Positions 1 to 13,499 of a stretch of 64,000 nt of DNA are shown one piece after another (the first letter of the stretch is position 1; each line of letters begins with the position of its first letter). The notes under the pieces were generated by a model. The model did not search any database. It was given only the letters and a program-made list of their open reading frames with translations, and was not told the origin of the DNA. The translations under genes and the position numbers were made by a program. The stretch comes from Podarcis bocagei (lineage: Eukaryota): the NCBI GenBank assembly GCA_964188305.1, contig OZ076892.1. The stretch is one strand, 5' to 3'.

Positions 1-547
1 TCCCATTTACCTAGGTAGCGAGGCAGTTTGGAGGACTGTTGGGTGTGGGAAAGTAGGTCCCATCTGGGAGGGAGGCTGATTCTCTGAGCTACAGAAGAGT
101 TAAGAGAGCATAATACTCAACTCATAACTGAAGCCCCCTGAAGTATGAACTTAATAACACATCTAGTAGCATCAGTTTACAAGCGTGGTAGCACTGTCAA
201 ATTTCTGTATTTGTTATTTCAGGCTCATAATCATTTGGGGCTCTCATGCTCCTGTAATCATTTGGAGGAAGTTCTGTGTGCATGCTACTAGTACAAGGGA
301 GTGTACTGATCCTCACAACTTTGCTGCCAAAATAGCAGCAAAGAACTGCAATAGCCATCAATTGTGTGCACAAGTATGTTCACCATTCCCATGAGACTCC
401 CTCCAGAGACCCTAACAATTTTACTGCAATTGTCTAGAAGTTCAGCCTAGATGAATCACTTAGCTATAAGGCGATTCCTAGTATCATTCCTTTATTTCCA
501 CAAATTAAGTTTTTAAGACCATTTATTTCCCAGGTTACGCATCCAAA

Positions 548-742
548 CGTAAGAATAACCCTGCCTGATCAATCCAGCATCCTGCTCTCATAGTGACCAA
601 CCAGATACCTCTGGGAAACCCAAAAGCAAGACCTCAGCACAATAACACTTTCCCCACCTGCCATTCCCGGCAACTAGTATTCAAAGCCGTACTGCCTCAG
701 ACAGCAGAGGTAGAGCCTAGTCATCGGGACTATTAGTTATTG
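548..742 (-). mobile_element. CR1-type LINE 3' end fragment (degraded)
   Basis: Reverse complement resembles the plus-strand copies at 27340-27625, 55550-55815, 59475-59705 and 61190-61333 (shared motifs such as ccagcatcctg-tctca and actggtattc). Family assigned from recalled squamate CR1 3' ends; boundaries approximate. Confidence 0.6.
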
Positions 743-1069
743 ACCGGAGCTATTGGAGAATGTAGCAAATTTCTGCCTAAGTTTGTTAATTTACCAGTAA
801 AGAGATCTTGCTTTGTTATCAACAGGAATATCAAAAAACAAACCTCCTCCTTTTCTGGAATCCCTGGGTATATCTTAAGAAACATCAGATGCCACCAATA
901 AATGATCCGTTTTGAACCTCATTTCCATCACTGGCCAGTAAAAAAGTAGCATTTACCAGAACATGGTGGGAAGTGTCCAGAATTGTGAAGAAATTAATTT
1001 GCTATGCAGGCATTTTCTTGCATGTGTTATTATGATGTATTAGGATGCATTATTTAACAGTATTAAAAA

Positions 1070-1335
1070 TACACAGTTCTGGGATATTTGTAGGAATAAC
1101 ACAAAATACAGGGGGAACACTTTAAAAAACCCCAACAACCTCCTGAAATAGCATTGCTGGGTATTTTCAGCAGAGACAACCAGGGATTATTATAGAAAAA
1201 TGCAATTAGTTACTTATTAATGGCAGTAAGACTATTGATAGATAGGAAAAAGGCAAAGGATTTAAACATACAAAAATGGTATGATGTAATTTGGGACATA
1301 ACACTTTCTGAAAAACTGAGGGAAAGGTTGAGTCA
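1070..1335 (+). mobile_element. L1/Tx1-type LINE ORF2 C-terminal relic
   Basis: Translation PEIALLGIF...SYLLMAVRLLIDRK...IQKWYDVIWDITLSEKL resembles the C-terminus of non-mammalian L1 ORF2. The sense strand is A-rich and the frame is interrupted by a stop. Confidence 0.55.
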
Positions 1336-2247
1336 AGAAAAAGTAACAGGGACTCTGTATCAACGTCAAGCACCAGTTTTAAATGCCCACCCCCTCTTCT
1401 TTCCCCGCAAACACAGGGGCAAAATTGTGGTTAACTTCCAAATGACTCCACATTGCTAAACATTTCAAATTTTCCAAGGCTGACCGGGGTTGATAAAATA
1501 TGTCCTCTCCTGCTGGAAGACTGCTAGGCTCACACTGCTGCTTCTTATTTTGTGGTGCCCTTCTCAGATATCACATGAAACAAAGGAGGCAGGAAGGCAG
1601 GAATGTTGATGGCTTCAGTCTTCCATTGCCTAGAAATGCAGAAACCTGAAGCCATCTCAGACACAGAAAGCACTCTCACAAACAGGAAGAGGTGGAGATT
1701 CAGCCAGGCCTATGCAGCTTGTGAGCTGCCAGCCTAAACACCACCACCAGTCATGCATTACAGCCTGCCAAGTGCGTAACAACCCCTTCCATTGTTTTGT
1801 GGTCCAAAGCAAGCAGCAAAATCCACAGATTTATCAATTTCCTGGTGGGGTGCAGTGCAAGGATAGTCAACTGTGTTTGCCTTGGAGGCTCGCAAGTGCA
1901 TTTTATTAAAGCTGTTGTATGGAGTCATTTTTAATTTACATATAACCACTTTGCACGCATACACAGAAAAGCATAATAAATGCTCTAGGTAAATAATTTT
2001 ATTTTTAACACCAGCTGCTTTTTAAAAGAACTGTACCTTTAAGAACTGATACTTCAATTCCCCTGTTCTCCTCCCTCCCCATCCCCTATTCCTTTTGTGT
2101 CATGTCTTTCAGATTGCAAGGCTGAAGGCACCACCCAAGACACTCTGGGAGCATTTTCAGCTGACAAATGGGATAAAACTATTTTATAGAAATATAAAAT
2201 TGTCTATGATCTTTGAGAGTTCTTGGAGAACAAGTGAAGTCCCTACA

Positions 2248-2577
2248 AAGAAGACTGAGAGGCGATAGGATAGCCATCTTCAAATATCTTAAGGGCTGTC
2301 ACATGGAAGAGGGAACTTGCTTGTTTTCTCCTGCTCTGGACGGTAGGACTTGAACCAATGGCTTCAAGATACAAGAAGGGAGATTCCTACTAAACATTCA
2401 GGAAAACTTTCTGACAATAAGAGTGGTTCGACAGTAGAAGAGACTCCCACGAAAGGTGGTGGGCTCTAGTTCCTTGGAGGTTTTTAAGCAGAGGCTGGAT
2501 GGCTTTAGTTGAGATTCCTGCATTGCAGGGGGCTGGACTAGTTGACCCCTGGATCCATTCCAACTCTAAGATTCTAT
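2248..2577 (+). mobile_element. CR1 LINE 3' end (ORF2 C-terminus plus 3' UTR)
   Basis: Translates to RRLRGDRIAIFKYLKGCHMEEG...NGFKIQEGRFLLNIQENFLTIRVVRQ*KRLPRKVVGSSSLEVFKQRLDG, the typical CR1 ORF2 end, and terminates in the CR1 ttccaactctaagattctat motif. Confidence 0.9.
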
Positions 2578-3799
2578 ATATAAATCAGCTGAATCAACTG
2601 CAGTAACAGTGAGAACAGGAACCTCTGCACCACCAGAGGATTTCACAGTGTAACTTGTGAAAAGTCTTACAATTCCTCAGAAGCACGCTTGGATATGAGA
2701 ACATTTTAACTTCCTTTCACCTGCATCAATTCTCTTGCTTGTCACTGAGAACATGAATGGTGTTACATTCTTGATGAAATGTCTGTGAATAAGCTACATT
2801 TCCTTTACAACACAAAATTGGGTTATAGCAATTTTCCTCCTCTCTTCATGTGGAGTTCTAAAAAGGGCTTTTAAAAGATGCAAATAGGGTGCCTTCTGTT
2901 GGTTGTGCCTATTTATCGCTGTGCTAGGGAGAGGAAAGCAAGTGCCAAGGTTCTTGATATTTGCTCTTGAATCATTATCACTCTAATAGTGATAATTAAA
3001 GAGATCACTGAGTAGTCTCCAGCAAGCAGCTGAAGTAAACAGCTTTTGGGTGGTTAGGGGGCTAAATAAACCCATTCTGCATGGCCAAGCAGTAGTCCAT
3101 GATGTCTAAGCAAGAAATCATATCAGACATAAGGAAAGAGGGAGGTTATGTGAATTAGGGGAAAATACAAATCAATTTGATACCTGGAAGTAAACATCTT
3201 GTTAATAATAAATTCTGCTGCCCTCTATCCCAAAGGGGGAGCCTGTGTGCATCCCATGTGGAAAGTGCTCTCTCTCTCTTTCTCTCTCAAAGCTGCATGA
3301 GGAGGAAAGCTTTGCCAACCCATCCCAGCTCCCTTAATTATTTTAATTGCAGCAGCGCAATGCCAACACACTGAATTACCCCCTCAGGCTCAGGCTGCTT
3401 AGCCAGGAGGTACTGAATTAAACTGTCAGAACATGCAGAAAAATTGCAATGGTGCCTGTCAACAGTATTTGTTAAGAGACTCGGGTGAAGCAAGTGACTT
3501 ATATAGAAAAAGAGCTGCCGGTGCAGAGTCGTCAAAGCGCAGCACTGGAACTAATGGGGTATTCAGAGGTCTTGTTCTACTTCATTGGTCAAAGCCAACA
3601 AAAAAAACCCCTAGTAATATTTGGGGCGGTTTGCTATTTATGGCCATGGTAATAAAAAAAGGCTGTTTAAAACTGCAAAGCCATCCTTGACAAAGCGGCC
3701 CCACCAGCTGCGTTTTTGTAAGGCGGAGAGGCCACTGTCCAAACACCAAAATCAGGGCTGTCCACAGATTAACATGGGGGCATAGGCAGGGGCCTTATA

Positions 3800-3935
3800 T
3801 GAAGCCCATCAAGCTCAGTGTTGTTCTGCAGGGTGTCAGGCAGGGGTCTCTCTCAGCACTACCGGAAGAGACTGGGTATTGACGCTGGGGCTTTCTGCAT
3901 GAAAAGTAGATGCTCTGTCACTGAGCCACAGGCCT
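3800..3935 (-). mobile_element. tRNA-headed SINE (Squam2-like), degraded
   Basis: Reverse complement begins ggcctgtggctcagtgacagagcatctactttt (tRNA A-box-like); same family as 45641-45828. Confidence 0.65.
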
Positions 3936-6900
3936 TAAAAAGTTAAAAAATATTTAACTGCTTGCCTGAATAAAGTTAAACACATTTGAGTGCTATCCTA
4001 AAAATCTAGACAGGATGATTTTTGAGCACAGCAAAAGTGTGAGGTGACAGAATTTAATCAACAAAAACTACTTGTTGGCATCCATTGCTCTCTCTCTCTC
4101 AAGAGAGAGAATGGAGTGCACTTCCAGGGGTGAAGTCAAACTGCTGTGTTAGCAGCACTGAAGGGCGCAAGCCTGGGCAGTGTGTATGGAGGTCCTGGAC
4201 TGCCCAGATGACAAGACCCCCCCTCTCAGCCTCACTGATGTAGTCCAAAGGAAAGCAGAGCAATACACTGGGCATCACCTTGGCTGTGGGAGTTGCTGCA
4301 AGGAGGTGTAGAAGGCACCACCCAACCATCTTAGTGACTCCACTCTGGATTTGTGTAGGGTTCACTCCTTAGCTATTACTTCTCCCAAAGATATTCTGCA
4401 AGGCAGAGGAGGTTTAGGAGTTTTCTTTCTTCTAGATGGGCAACTTTCCCAGGTTGACAAGTCTCATCTGTCCCTCAATTCCCTCTACACTACAGCATGT
4501 AAGCATTGGGCTGACAGATCTTAGCCTTCCACCTAGTCCTCTTGTCCCTCCAAAAGTGCCCTCCCTCTCACCTGGGTTATTTCTACATATGCAGCAGATT
4601 GAAGGGGAAGTAAGGTGGCAAAATCTTGAGGTGGAAGAATGGATTGTATAATTACAGAATGCAGGTGGAAAGTATATTTCTGAATGCTCCCCTTTTGCAA
4701 ACAACTGCCTGCAGGTAGGATACTAGCACAACAAGGAGCTGGGCTAGAGTCTTTCTCCCCTATGTGCTAATTTTTCCACCTACAGGGAGGATTTCCTCTT
4801 TTAAACATGGGGTAGCATTCTAAGCAGCACTATCACCTGCAAGATGACATGGTGCAATCCAGGTTTACCACTGTGATGAAAGCATAGGCCCACCCTGTGC
4901 GTGCATGCATATACACACACACTTGCATAAGGGAGGTCCTGGGGATAGGATCCATCCATCTGCTCCCCTGCATGTATTATTGTGGGTCTCCACATGCATG
5001 TATGTATATGTGTGTGTGTGCGCGCGCTCAAATAGTTGTACACTTTGTATTAATAAATATCAGAAATAAAGGGAAATCGCCCCCTGTGAAACTATACATT
5101 ACATTTATGCTGCCACAATTAGACTCACATCTATACTGACATTGCATCAAGTGACACATTTAATGTAAAATGTAGTTAGAGCCCAAGCTGCAATTGTAGA
5201 ATTTACTGCATCAGTGTAAAACAGCAACAGACTGTTTTCTTTAGATTTTTTTCAAAAAAACACACCACATATGAATAATTTGCTTGCAAATGATAAAGGG
5301 GAGTGAAGCATGAATGTGTATGTGTGTTCATCAATACTACAATTAATGCTCATATTCCAAGGACAATCTGTATTTTAGGACCAGAGTATCAGAGTGCAGC
5401 CCGCCATCTCTAGCATCTATCCGGCCCATTCATTTTGCTAATATCCCTTGATTAAATGCAGTTGCTGGAATTCTTTAAGTAGTTTCACATCATCATTTGG
5501 GCACTCATTTAAATGGGTTTCCACTAATAAGAGTATAAGTTCAGTAGAGGTTAATGAACCATTAATTCACTCTTTTAACTAGCTCATTTATGTAACATAT
5601 AGCCTGTTTATTTTCATGCAAACGAGCCACACAACATTTAATAGGCTAAACAATCAAAGATATAAATAAACATGGTTTATGCAATCAGGCCATAATCTTC
5701 CCGCAACTGACTCGGGAGTATTTCCACTAATTTCAATGGCACTACTCCAGCATAAACGGTTATATGGTCCAGGTCATATTTCCCTGCAGTAAATACTAGA
5801 AGTCATATTAATTACTGCAACATCTATACCTGAAACTGAAAGAACATTTTGTTGGTGGGGAGATGGGAGGAGGGAGTCAAGAATATCTGTTGTTGCGGGT
5901 GCTGTAAGGAATGGTGTGAATAGCACAAGAGTGGGAGAAAGGCTCTCTGCCCCAAGGATGCTGCAGTTATAAAAGTAATTAGCAGATATTTATGCCACTT
6001 CTCTTTCTTATAGAACCCTGGGGTGGAGGGAGAAACTTTCACCCTGCAGGTACATGGCTTGATTTCTAAACACTTGAGCACTATTTCAGATAGAATGCAC
6101 AATGAATCAGCTATAGCTGGAGTACTAGTCTTCCTCATTCCACCATTCTCAAGCAGTTGCTGGGAGGCTCCAACAAGCCTGGAGGGGCCTGCCACTAATG
6201 CCTATATTGATTAGTGCCAGGTAGCGGGCTGCATCTCAATGTCTTCAGGGCATTGTGAGAAATGATGACTACTTTAGTTTTTCACAATTACTTGGAATAA
6301 CACTATTCCTGCCACCACATAAGCCTGCCCGGGGGGGGGGGGGGAGACAGGACACCAAGAGACACTTTATGAAGCACCCACCCTTTCAAAGCCAGAACTA
6401 GCCCTGGCCCCATACTGCAACTCCATGCGCTGGTATTTTCTTTGTGCACTGAACATAAACATGTAAAAGTTGCATATGTTATCCGGATCCCTGCATTCTG
6501 CAATACAGAACATCACTATGATTTGCATAGGAGTGTTAAGAGTTCACAGGGAGGTTAAAGGTAAAGGGGGATATTTTGCTCAGGAAGTTCTGCACATGAC
6601 ACTCATAAGTTTAAAAGTAAATATTGAGCCAATATATTTTCCACAGAAGGGTTAAAGTTTCAGCCTAGGAACTTGGCAATTAAACCAAGACTCCCGTTCT
6701 CCTTCTGATTAGCTAAAAGGTTGGGAGAGGGAGTGATAATATTTTATATGAGGTGGAAAATAGGGTAGTTTGCTGAAAGAATTGCAGAGTCAGAAACATG
6801 AAGAGCTATAAGAAAGAAAAGGGCTGAATCACTTTAAGAGATCTAGAACGTTGAGAAGCATTAGCACAGGTGGACATTGCAGCAGGAAAGGTCCAGGAGA

Positions 6901-7610
6901 AGACCGCAAAGAAGCCAGCTGAACTGAGAAAAGCAAATAAGCAAGTATTGGCCTAGTTATGGAAACAGTATAGAATAGATATAGCTGGATTTGTTTATCC
7001 ATGTTCATTTTTTAATTTGCTCAAACAGTAAATAACAACAATCATTTTTATTTTTAAAAATCTTAAACGTTATTTAATCTACTGCCTTGTGAGAACCTTA
7101 AGTAAAAACATAGTTTTTTGTGGGGAGAACGTCTGAGGCCTTGTTACTCATCCCACACAGGGAGTAGGTATGTATGGCCAGCTGAAGTCCTAAGGTTAAA
7201 GAGTTGTTTAGTGGAGGCAGTCAGAGAAATATTTTTCACTTGGAGGCAATAATGAATTTAACAAGGCACAGGGATTCACTTTGTTTCTTTGTCTCCCTTC
7301 CTCTCATACTGCTGGTTACAGTCCATGTCATCACACATGCACTGACTATGCCCCTGTGAAGAATTGTGGTTTGACTCACTTGATGTACCGTAAGTGTGAA
7401 CAGTCCACTGAAAAGCATTGCATTTGCAATGATGTCGTAAGAACATTCCATCTGCAAGGTTTGATTTAGGATGGCTTGTTCACATATGCATGCCGCCTGA
7501 TATTTAGTAAGCTAACAATGAGCATGTATGTATGTGTGAAAGAGCACAAACAAAATGGATGAAACATGGCACAACCCATAATTGCATATTAGGCTTTATA
7601 TAGATTATTC

Positions 7611-7740
7611 CAGGGGTAGGCAATGTGGTGGCCCTCTAGATGTTTTTGACTGCAGCTCCTATCAGCCCCAGGCAGCATTGGTGAAGGATGATGGGTGTTG
7701 TAGTCCAAAACACCCGAAGGGCACTACATTGGCTACCTTG
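7611..7740. mobile_element. hAT/Charlie-like MITE
   Basis: Ends CAGGGGTAGGCAATGTGGTG ... CACTACATTGGCTACCTTG form imperfect TIRs; interior similar to 7783-7909 and 49230-49361. Confidence 0.65.
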
Positions 7741-7782
7741 GATAAGATCAAGGGTGAAATCTGCTACCCTTTTGCTGTAGAG

Positions 7783-7909
7783 CAGGGGCATGGAACCTGT
7801 GCTCCTCCAGATGTTGTTGGACTCCAATTCCTATCAGCCCCAGGTAGCAGTGCCAATGGTCAGTGGAACTGAGTAGTAGTCCAGCTGAGGACCACGTTCC
7901 CCACCCCTG
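7783..7909. mobile_element. hAT/Charlie-like MITE
   Basis: CAGGGG...CCCCTG ends with an 8-bp TSD, CTGTAGAG (7775-7782) / CTGTAGGG (7910-7917). Confidence 0.8.
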
Positions 7910-10499
7910 CTGTAGGGGCTACTTCATGTATTACATTTCTTAAGGTGGACACCTAACTATGTTGTTCCATTGTAATGTGCAGATGTGACTAAGTGGTGAT
8001 TCAAAACTATGTATCATATTTATGGACAACTTGTCAGAGCAGTTTGTTGCTTGTGCGCTGGGTGAAAAACCCAGGTTTTTTGCTGTATAATGTGTGAACT
8101 GGGATAGCCCAGTTCAAATAAATGAGCTCACTGCAGAATGTGTTGGATATGGACGGCAGCCAAAGCTAACACTAGCCTTTGACCCGGCCAAAGTAAATTA
8201 TAGTTAATGATTAAAGCTGTCAGACTATTTCTAGGAATGCACCTTCAGTAACCTTTAGCACAGCTCAGCTGCAGGTACTTTATTTGCAAGAAGTGTTTTG
8301 TTTTCTGAAATCCCAATCCTGAAGTTGTGTGTGTTTTTTAGAGGAGGAGGGAGGGAATCTTCTAGGGAAAGTAGCCAATCTCTCCTGTCAGCAGTAGGAA
8401 GTATGAATATGCACAGAGAACAGATCAATTTGGAAGCAGCTCATTTACTGTAAATACTCAAAGTTCAGCCATATGCTTAGCCAGTGCTTATTAAAATGGC
8501 TTTGAATATATTCTGACCTCTAATAAAGAGCAGGTTAAAAACAACGAGAATGAGCTCCAAAACAGCCAAAGACTAATGGTTTCATTTTCTTGTGCTCTCC
8601 TCTCCTCTCAGCAAACAAGGCTGCCGCCGCCGCCACCACCCTTACCTCCTTCCAGGATGTAGGCAAATGTGTTCACTTAACAGGATGCCCTATCCTTTAC
8701 CAAAAACAAATATAACCACACAAGGGTAGGTGCAAAGAAGCACTGATCTGAACCATAGTGTGAATTGGAATACATCAGACATGCATTCAAAACTCTGCTC
8801 TGGAACTAGGGCAGCTTCCAATCTAAAATTCATTCCCCTGAGTTAAGTGGGACAAAAACAATACGGTGTGGTTTTTCAGACTGAAAGGAATTAAGGAAGA
8901 GAGCTATGTTAGCTCAGACACAGTTATGACCACCTGAAAAGAAGTGGGATGCCTTTGGTTCTAGGCTGAAGTGAACACTACCTGTGTTTTCAGAAAAGAC
9001 CTTTACCTCCAACAGAGCTTCTTAGAGCATCCAAGTCACTGGACATCAACAACTGTTGTGCAGAGTTTCCAATCACAGGGTGGATTCACTAAGCAGGCTC
9101 CAGTATGGTTTCAAATCATGTTCAATGGAACATGGTTAGAATTTCCTCACAGAAATTCATGTATGAGAAGGGGAGGGTCCAGAGTGCTTGGGAACATTAA
9201 GAGTGGAGCCAGCGTGGAAAGCCCTTACCCATTTTGAGCCCACATGCATTCTTTTGAGGGCTAGGAGAGGGCTTTTAATTGATAGAAACCGCATTGTCCA
9301 CTGTAGTCTTCCAGAGGCATGAGAACATTTAAAGCTGCCTTTAGGCCAAGGCAGCTGGTCCCAATCCTGCTTCACCTGGGGTTTTTTTTTAACTAGGCAA
9401 TGCAAACAATTGAATTAGATATGACTGCCCTCTGTCCCCCAGGGAAAATGTACCGGATTTTTCATCTGCAGTAACTTCTTATAAAGTGTGTGTGTGGGGG
9501 GTTTCCATTGTGGCACCCTGAGTACTTATATACCCACCAAGGTCCCCTCCCCCACTGTAATTAGTTTTAAAAGATGGGTTCTGTTGTAGCCAGTAAAATA
9601 GGCTGTGGCTTGAGCTTGCTCCCAAGTATGTGTCTCTCTGTGTTGTGCCCATTGGTCCCAAAAGGTTGGTGATACCAAGTAAACAAAGGGTAGCAAACCA
9701 GAGTGTGAATCATTGAAAGAAATAAAAACACTGCAAATTTCCAGTAACATGGATTATTGGTCATAAGACTTCATAGAAAACAGAATATGTATTTATAGCT
9801 CAATTTCAACATCTTCCCCCCACCCCCTACATTTACTGCAACACACTTTCCAATCTGATTCCCATGAGTATATCGAAACCAGTATTTAACCCACTTCCTA
9901 TTGTGGTACACTCTGTAACCACTTCAGATTTGACTGTATGAACTACTGCTCTGTTCCCTACCCTTCCACCATTACCTAAGCATTCTTTTAGGTATTAGTT
10001 ATTTTCCCCTCCCATTTGCATTTGCTTTCCTTCCTTCCTTTTATCAGTGATCTGCCTGCAGTTTCAGCCACCCCCACAGTAATGAAGCATGAAGGGGAAA
10101 CGATCAAAAAGGAAAATAAAATGAAATAACAATAACATGTGTCACAAAATGTTCTTGTGAAATTCTTTTTCTCCAAAACAAACTAATCAGTAAACATTGA
10201 AAACAATGAAACATCCAGGTCCTCTCCTTTCTCCATTAAGAAGCATTTGTACCTAATTTATCAACCTGTACTTACATAGTTAAGTTCCTAAGGTTAAACT
10301 GTTTTGCTCATTCATTCATTCATTCATTCCACTTTTTCTCACCCTTCCAAGTAGCTCAGGGAAGTGTGCATAGTTTCCACCCCCATTTTATCTATGCTGC
10401 AATCCATGAATAGAGGGGTTCAGACTCCCAACCACCCACCCATTCAGAGAAGTATGGCAGCAGTAGGGTTAACCCATGGGACTCTGCAGTGCCCCTATG

Positions 10500-11127
10500 T
10501 GTCATGAGCTGGCAGGACAGCAGGCAGGAGGAAGAGGATCCTGGCAAGGAGTATAGCCATGACTGGGACACACAGGGGCAAGCTGGGGATGGGGAAGGAG
10601 AGATTAGTGTAGAAAGTACTCACGGGGCGATGGTAGGTGGCAAGAGGATGGAAGTCAGTGCACAGGAACCAGAGCAGCAGGACACATCACCAGAGCCAGA
10701 GGAGCCCCTATCTCCCTGAACATGGCAGGTTATGAGGCAGCAGGAGGAACACTCCAGAAGGCAGAGGCAGGCAAGAACTCACTAGCTAGCCAGGTGGAGC
10801 TTGTTAGCTCTGGGAGGAGGTGTGTGGTTCTTCAGCTGGAACAGGTGAAGGTCACATGTCTTGTCAAGCCCAGATGCTGCAATCAGCATGCAAAGTATAA
10901 AATAGTAGAGCTGACATGCTGGTGCTGCTCAACTTCCCACATTGGTTGGATCATGGCTTGGATGTTCCAGAGAGCTCTTTGGGAATGTTTGTGCGGGACT
11001 GACCTCAGGCTGCAGAGGCAGGAACCTAGCATGACTAGACTTTGGTCTTGTTACCCTGTGCTAGCATCTGCCATGGAATCATGTGGGCTAGTGGGACTTG
11101 CTGCCAGGTACCCTGTGGTTCAAGACA
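10500..11127 (+). mobile_element. Probable solo LTR (Gypsy-like)
   Basis: TGTCATG...AAGACA termini, purine-rich 5' half and a TATA-like TATAAAATAG near 10896. No clean TSD seen. Confidence 0.5.
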
Positions 11128-12379
11128 CTGTATTCATTATTAGAGTGGTCACTTACATAATTCAAAAGGAAAGGGAAACACATCATGAAAAACGTCACAT
11201 TTGAATCAAGTTTGCATAGCTAATGTGCGTGTATGTTTATACAAAATTAGAAATAATTGCTATCGTTTAAATAGAAACGCAGTACATCTCACCTCATTTG
11301 AATAGGAACACAATATATCTCATCCTAAGCTAAGGGAAGATTGAGCAGGTGACCTGTGTGTCTGCTCAGGCTGTGGTCCAGGTGCTGACTGTTGATGGGT
11401 AACTTCAAGGCCACCCTGGTCTCAGTTCTTTAAACATGATTTGGACAGGACAGTCCTTCAAATAGAAGGCTCCTTCAAAGAGAAGACTGTTGACCCTCTA
11501 CTTAAAGGCACAGACACCAAGATAACATGACATGTTCTTTGGTGCTGAGAAACAGTAGTGGGCAGTGTTAGGACTAAGAGAGGCAGAAATTGCTGGGAGC
11601 ACCTTAGCAGAAATTGAGATCCAGCCTTGGGGCAAGAAGACAGCTGCACAAGTTGCTTTCTGAGGATCTGCATTGTCAGCTCTGTCAATTTTCTCCATTT
11701 ATGCTCTGCTTGTATATCTGCAAGTAATCCCGCTATTACAAAGGTGCCATCAGTTTACAATACTCTCACCCAAAGCAAACTAGAACCTTTAGTACTGGCA
11801 TCAAATTCTGCAGCACCCCAAAGTGGGGGTCACATAATCATAGTGTGTGGAAGGCTGTATGTATTACTGCATTTTCTAGACCACAAAATTAAATTCCTGC
11901 ATCTTCCAGATTGCCCCTGGAAAGCATGTGCCCTCTCTCACTCTCTATCTCTCTCTCTCACACACACAGAGACACACTGTTCTTTTGCAGCTTTAAAGAA
12001 CCTTTTCTTCCAAAACATTTTCAGTTGTTTATTTGAATGCATGTAGAAGGTTAATCACTGCATCAACTGGCCCTGCCCCCAATCATGCATTTGGCGTAAT
12101 GTCTGAAAGAGCCTTCTAGAGAAGTGTAGGTTCTGTCTGCACAGTTGGGGATCCCTGACTATTAAAGAGTCCTGGACTACTCATGCAGTGCATGCATGCG
12201 TGCAGTGGACAGTACACTGCGCATGAGGAAGAGGTAGTGGTTACAATCCTACAAGCATTCAAAACAGGTTGGTTTGTTATTTTTTAAAAAAACTGTATTT
12301 TTCAGATGTGGGGCTCTAGGGTGAGCCAGCCAGATAGTGGGATGGTCAAAGATGGATGAAGCTGAAGGAGGATTATTTT

Positions 12380-12593
12380 AGGCTTGTTATCACATAGCAC
12401 TGAACAGAGGTACACGATGTCCCTACACATGTACAAGTGTTTGTGTGAAAGTGTGCTGATTTGTCCAGTTCAATTGTTGGGTACCAGAATGTACATTCAC
12501 TGAACACTACATGTGACTAAAGTATGAGTGTACAGCTCAAATATATGTGTACACAGATTGTATGCTTATTGAATGTAATATGTGAACACCTCT
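12380..12593. mobile_element. Degraded palindromic MITE (Harbinger-like)
   Basis: Imperfect terminal inverted similarity (aggcttgttatcacatagcactgaa ... ttgaatgtaatatgtgaacacct) around a tgtaca-rich interior. Confidence 0.4.
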
Positions 12594-13499
12594 TTAATGA
12601 ACATCTATAAGATAGCTTGAAGTCAGTGGCATAGGAGAAACTGGGGGCTAGCAGCTGGGAAAGTTTGGAGAGAAACCTTAAGACTTACAAAAAATAGTCA
12701 GAGATGCAATCTCCCCCCCTTCTCCCTCCCCCTTTACATCCAAAAGGTTCTGCTGTTCAGAGTAACATTTTAACAGCAGTGCCTTCTGAGAAGAACATTG
12801 CTTCTGATGGAATGCAGTAAATGGTCCAGAAGATTAATGGGCTGCTTTAAGGAAAGAGACTCTTTCAAATCTCTTTGCAGCCAGTGATGGGGAAGTGTAT
12901 GAGTTTTTGCAAAGGATCAGAAGTTCTCTTCTAAATTCAACATGTTGGAAGCAAATTATAACGCTTTCAGTCATTAGGCATTTTAATGCAGGAAGTTCTT
13001 TTAAAGTGTCTTTTTGCATAGACATTTCCAAATAAATGACTGTCCTGTGCGTGCATGTGCACACACCACTCGCACACACCACACACACATTCATTCATTC
13101 ACTAAAAGATAAAACATTACATTAAATGCTCAGTTCCAGTGATAAGCTAAAATATTTTGCAGTTAAGGGATTGAGGATCAGCAAAAGAAAACAATGAAGG
13201 ACACAGGGATGAAGAACAGATTCCAACAGAAGATTCTAGCTAACAGAAGTATTTTTGATAACTCAGCAACACGGCCAGAATTGTCAATCCTAAGAAATTT
13301 CACAAAGTGCCACTGTACAGCATATACATTTTAAGAGATGTTTCCAAACTTGGGCTTCCAGTAAAACTTTGGGTGACAGCCAGTATTGGTTATGAACCAG
13401 AGGTCATGAACCAAGGGGACAAAGCCTGTAGCCAGAACTAAAGGAAAAACCAGGTGGCTGGAGCAAGGTGCAGGACTGAAGAACCACCAAAAGGTATAG

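Noticed and set aside
6100-6300. Possible LF-SINE/AmnSINE relics (also about 45330-45450 and 58250-58420)
   Set aside because: The similarity is too faint to support by eye; an nhmmer search against Dfam would be needed.
10489-11204. Adjacent 76-aa and 160-aa ORFs
   Set aside because: They lie mostly within a probable solo LTR, have biased composition and show no gag/pol motifs.
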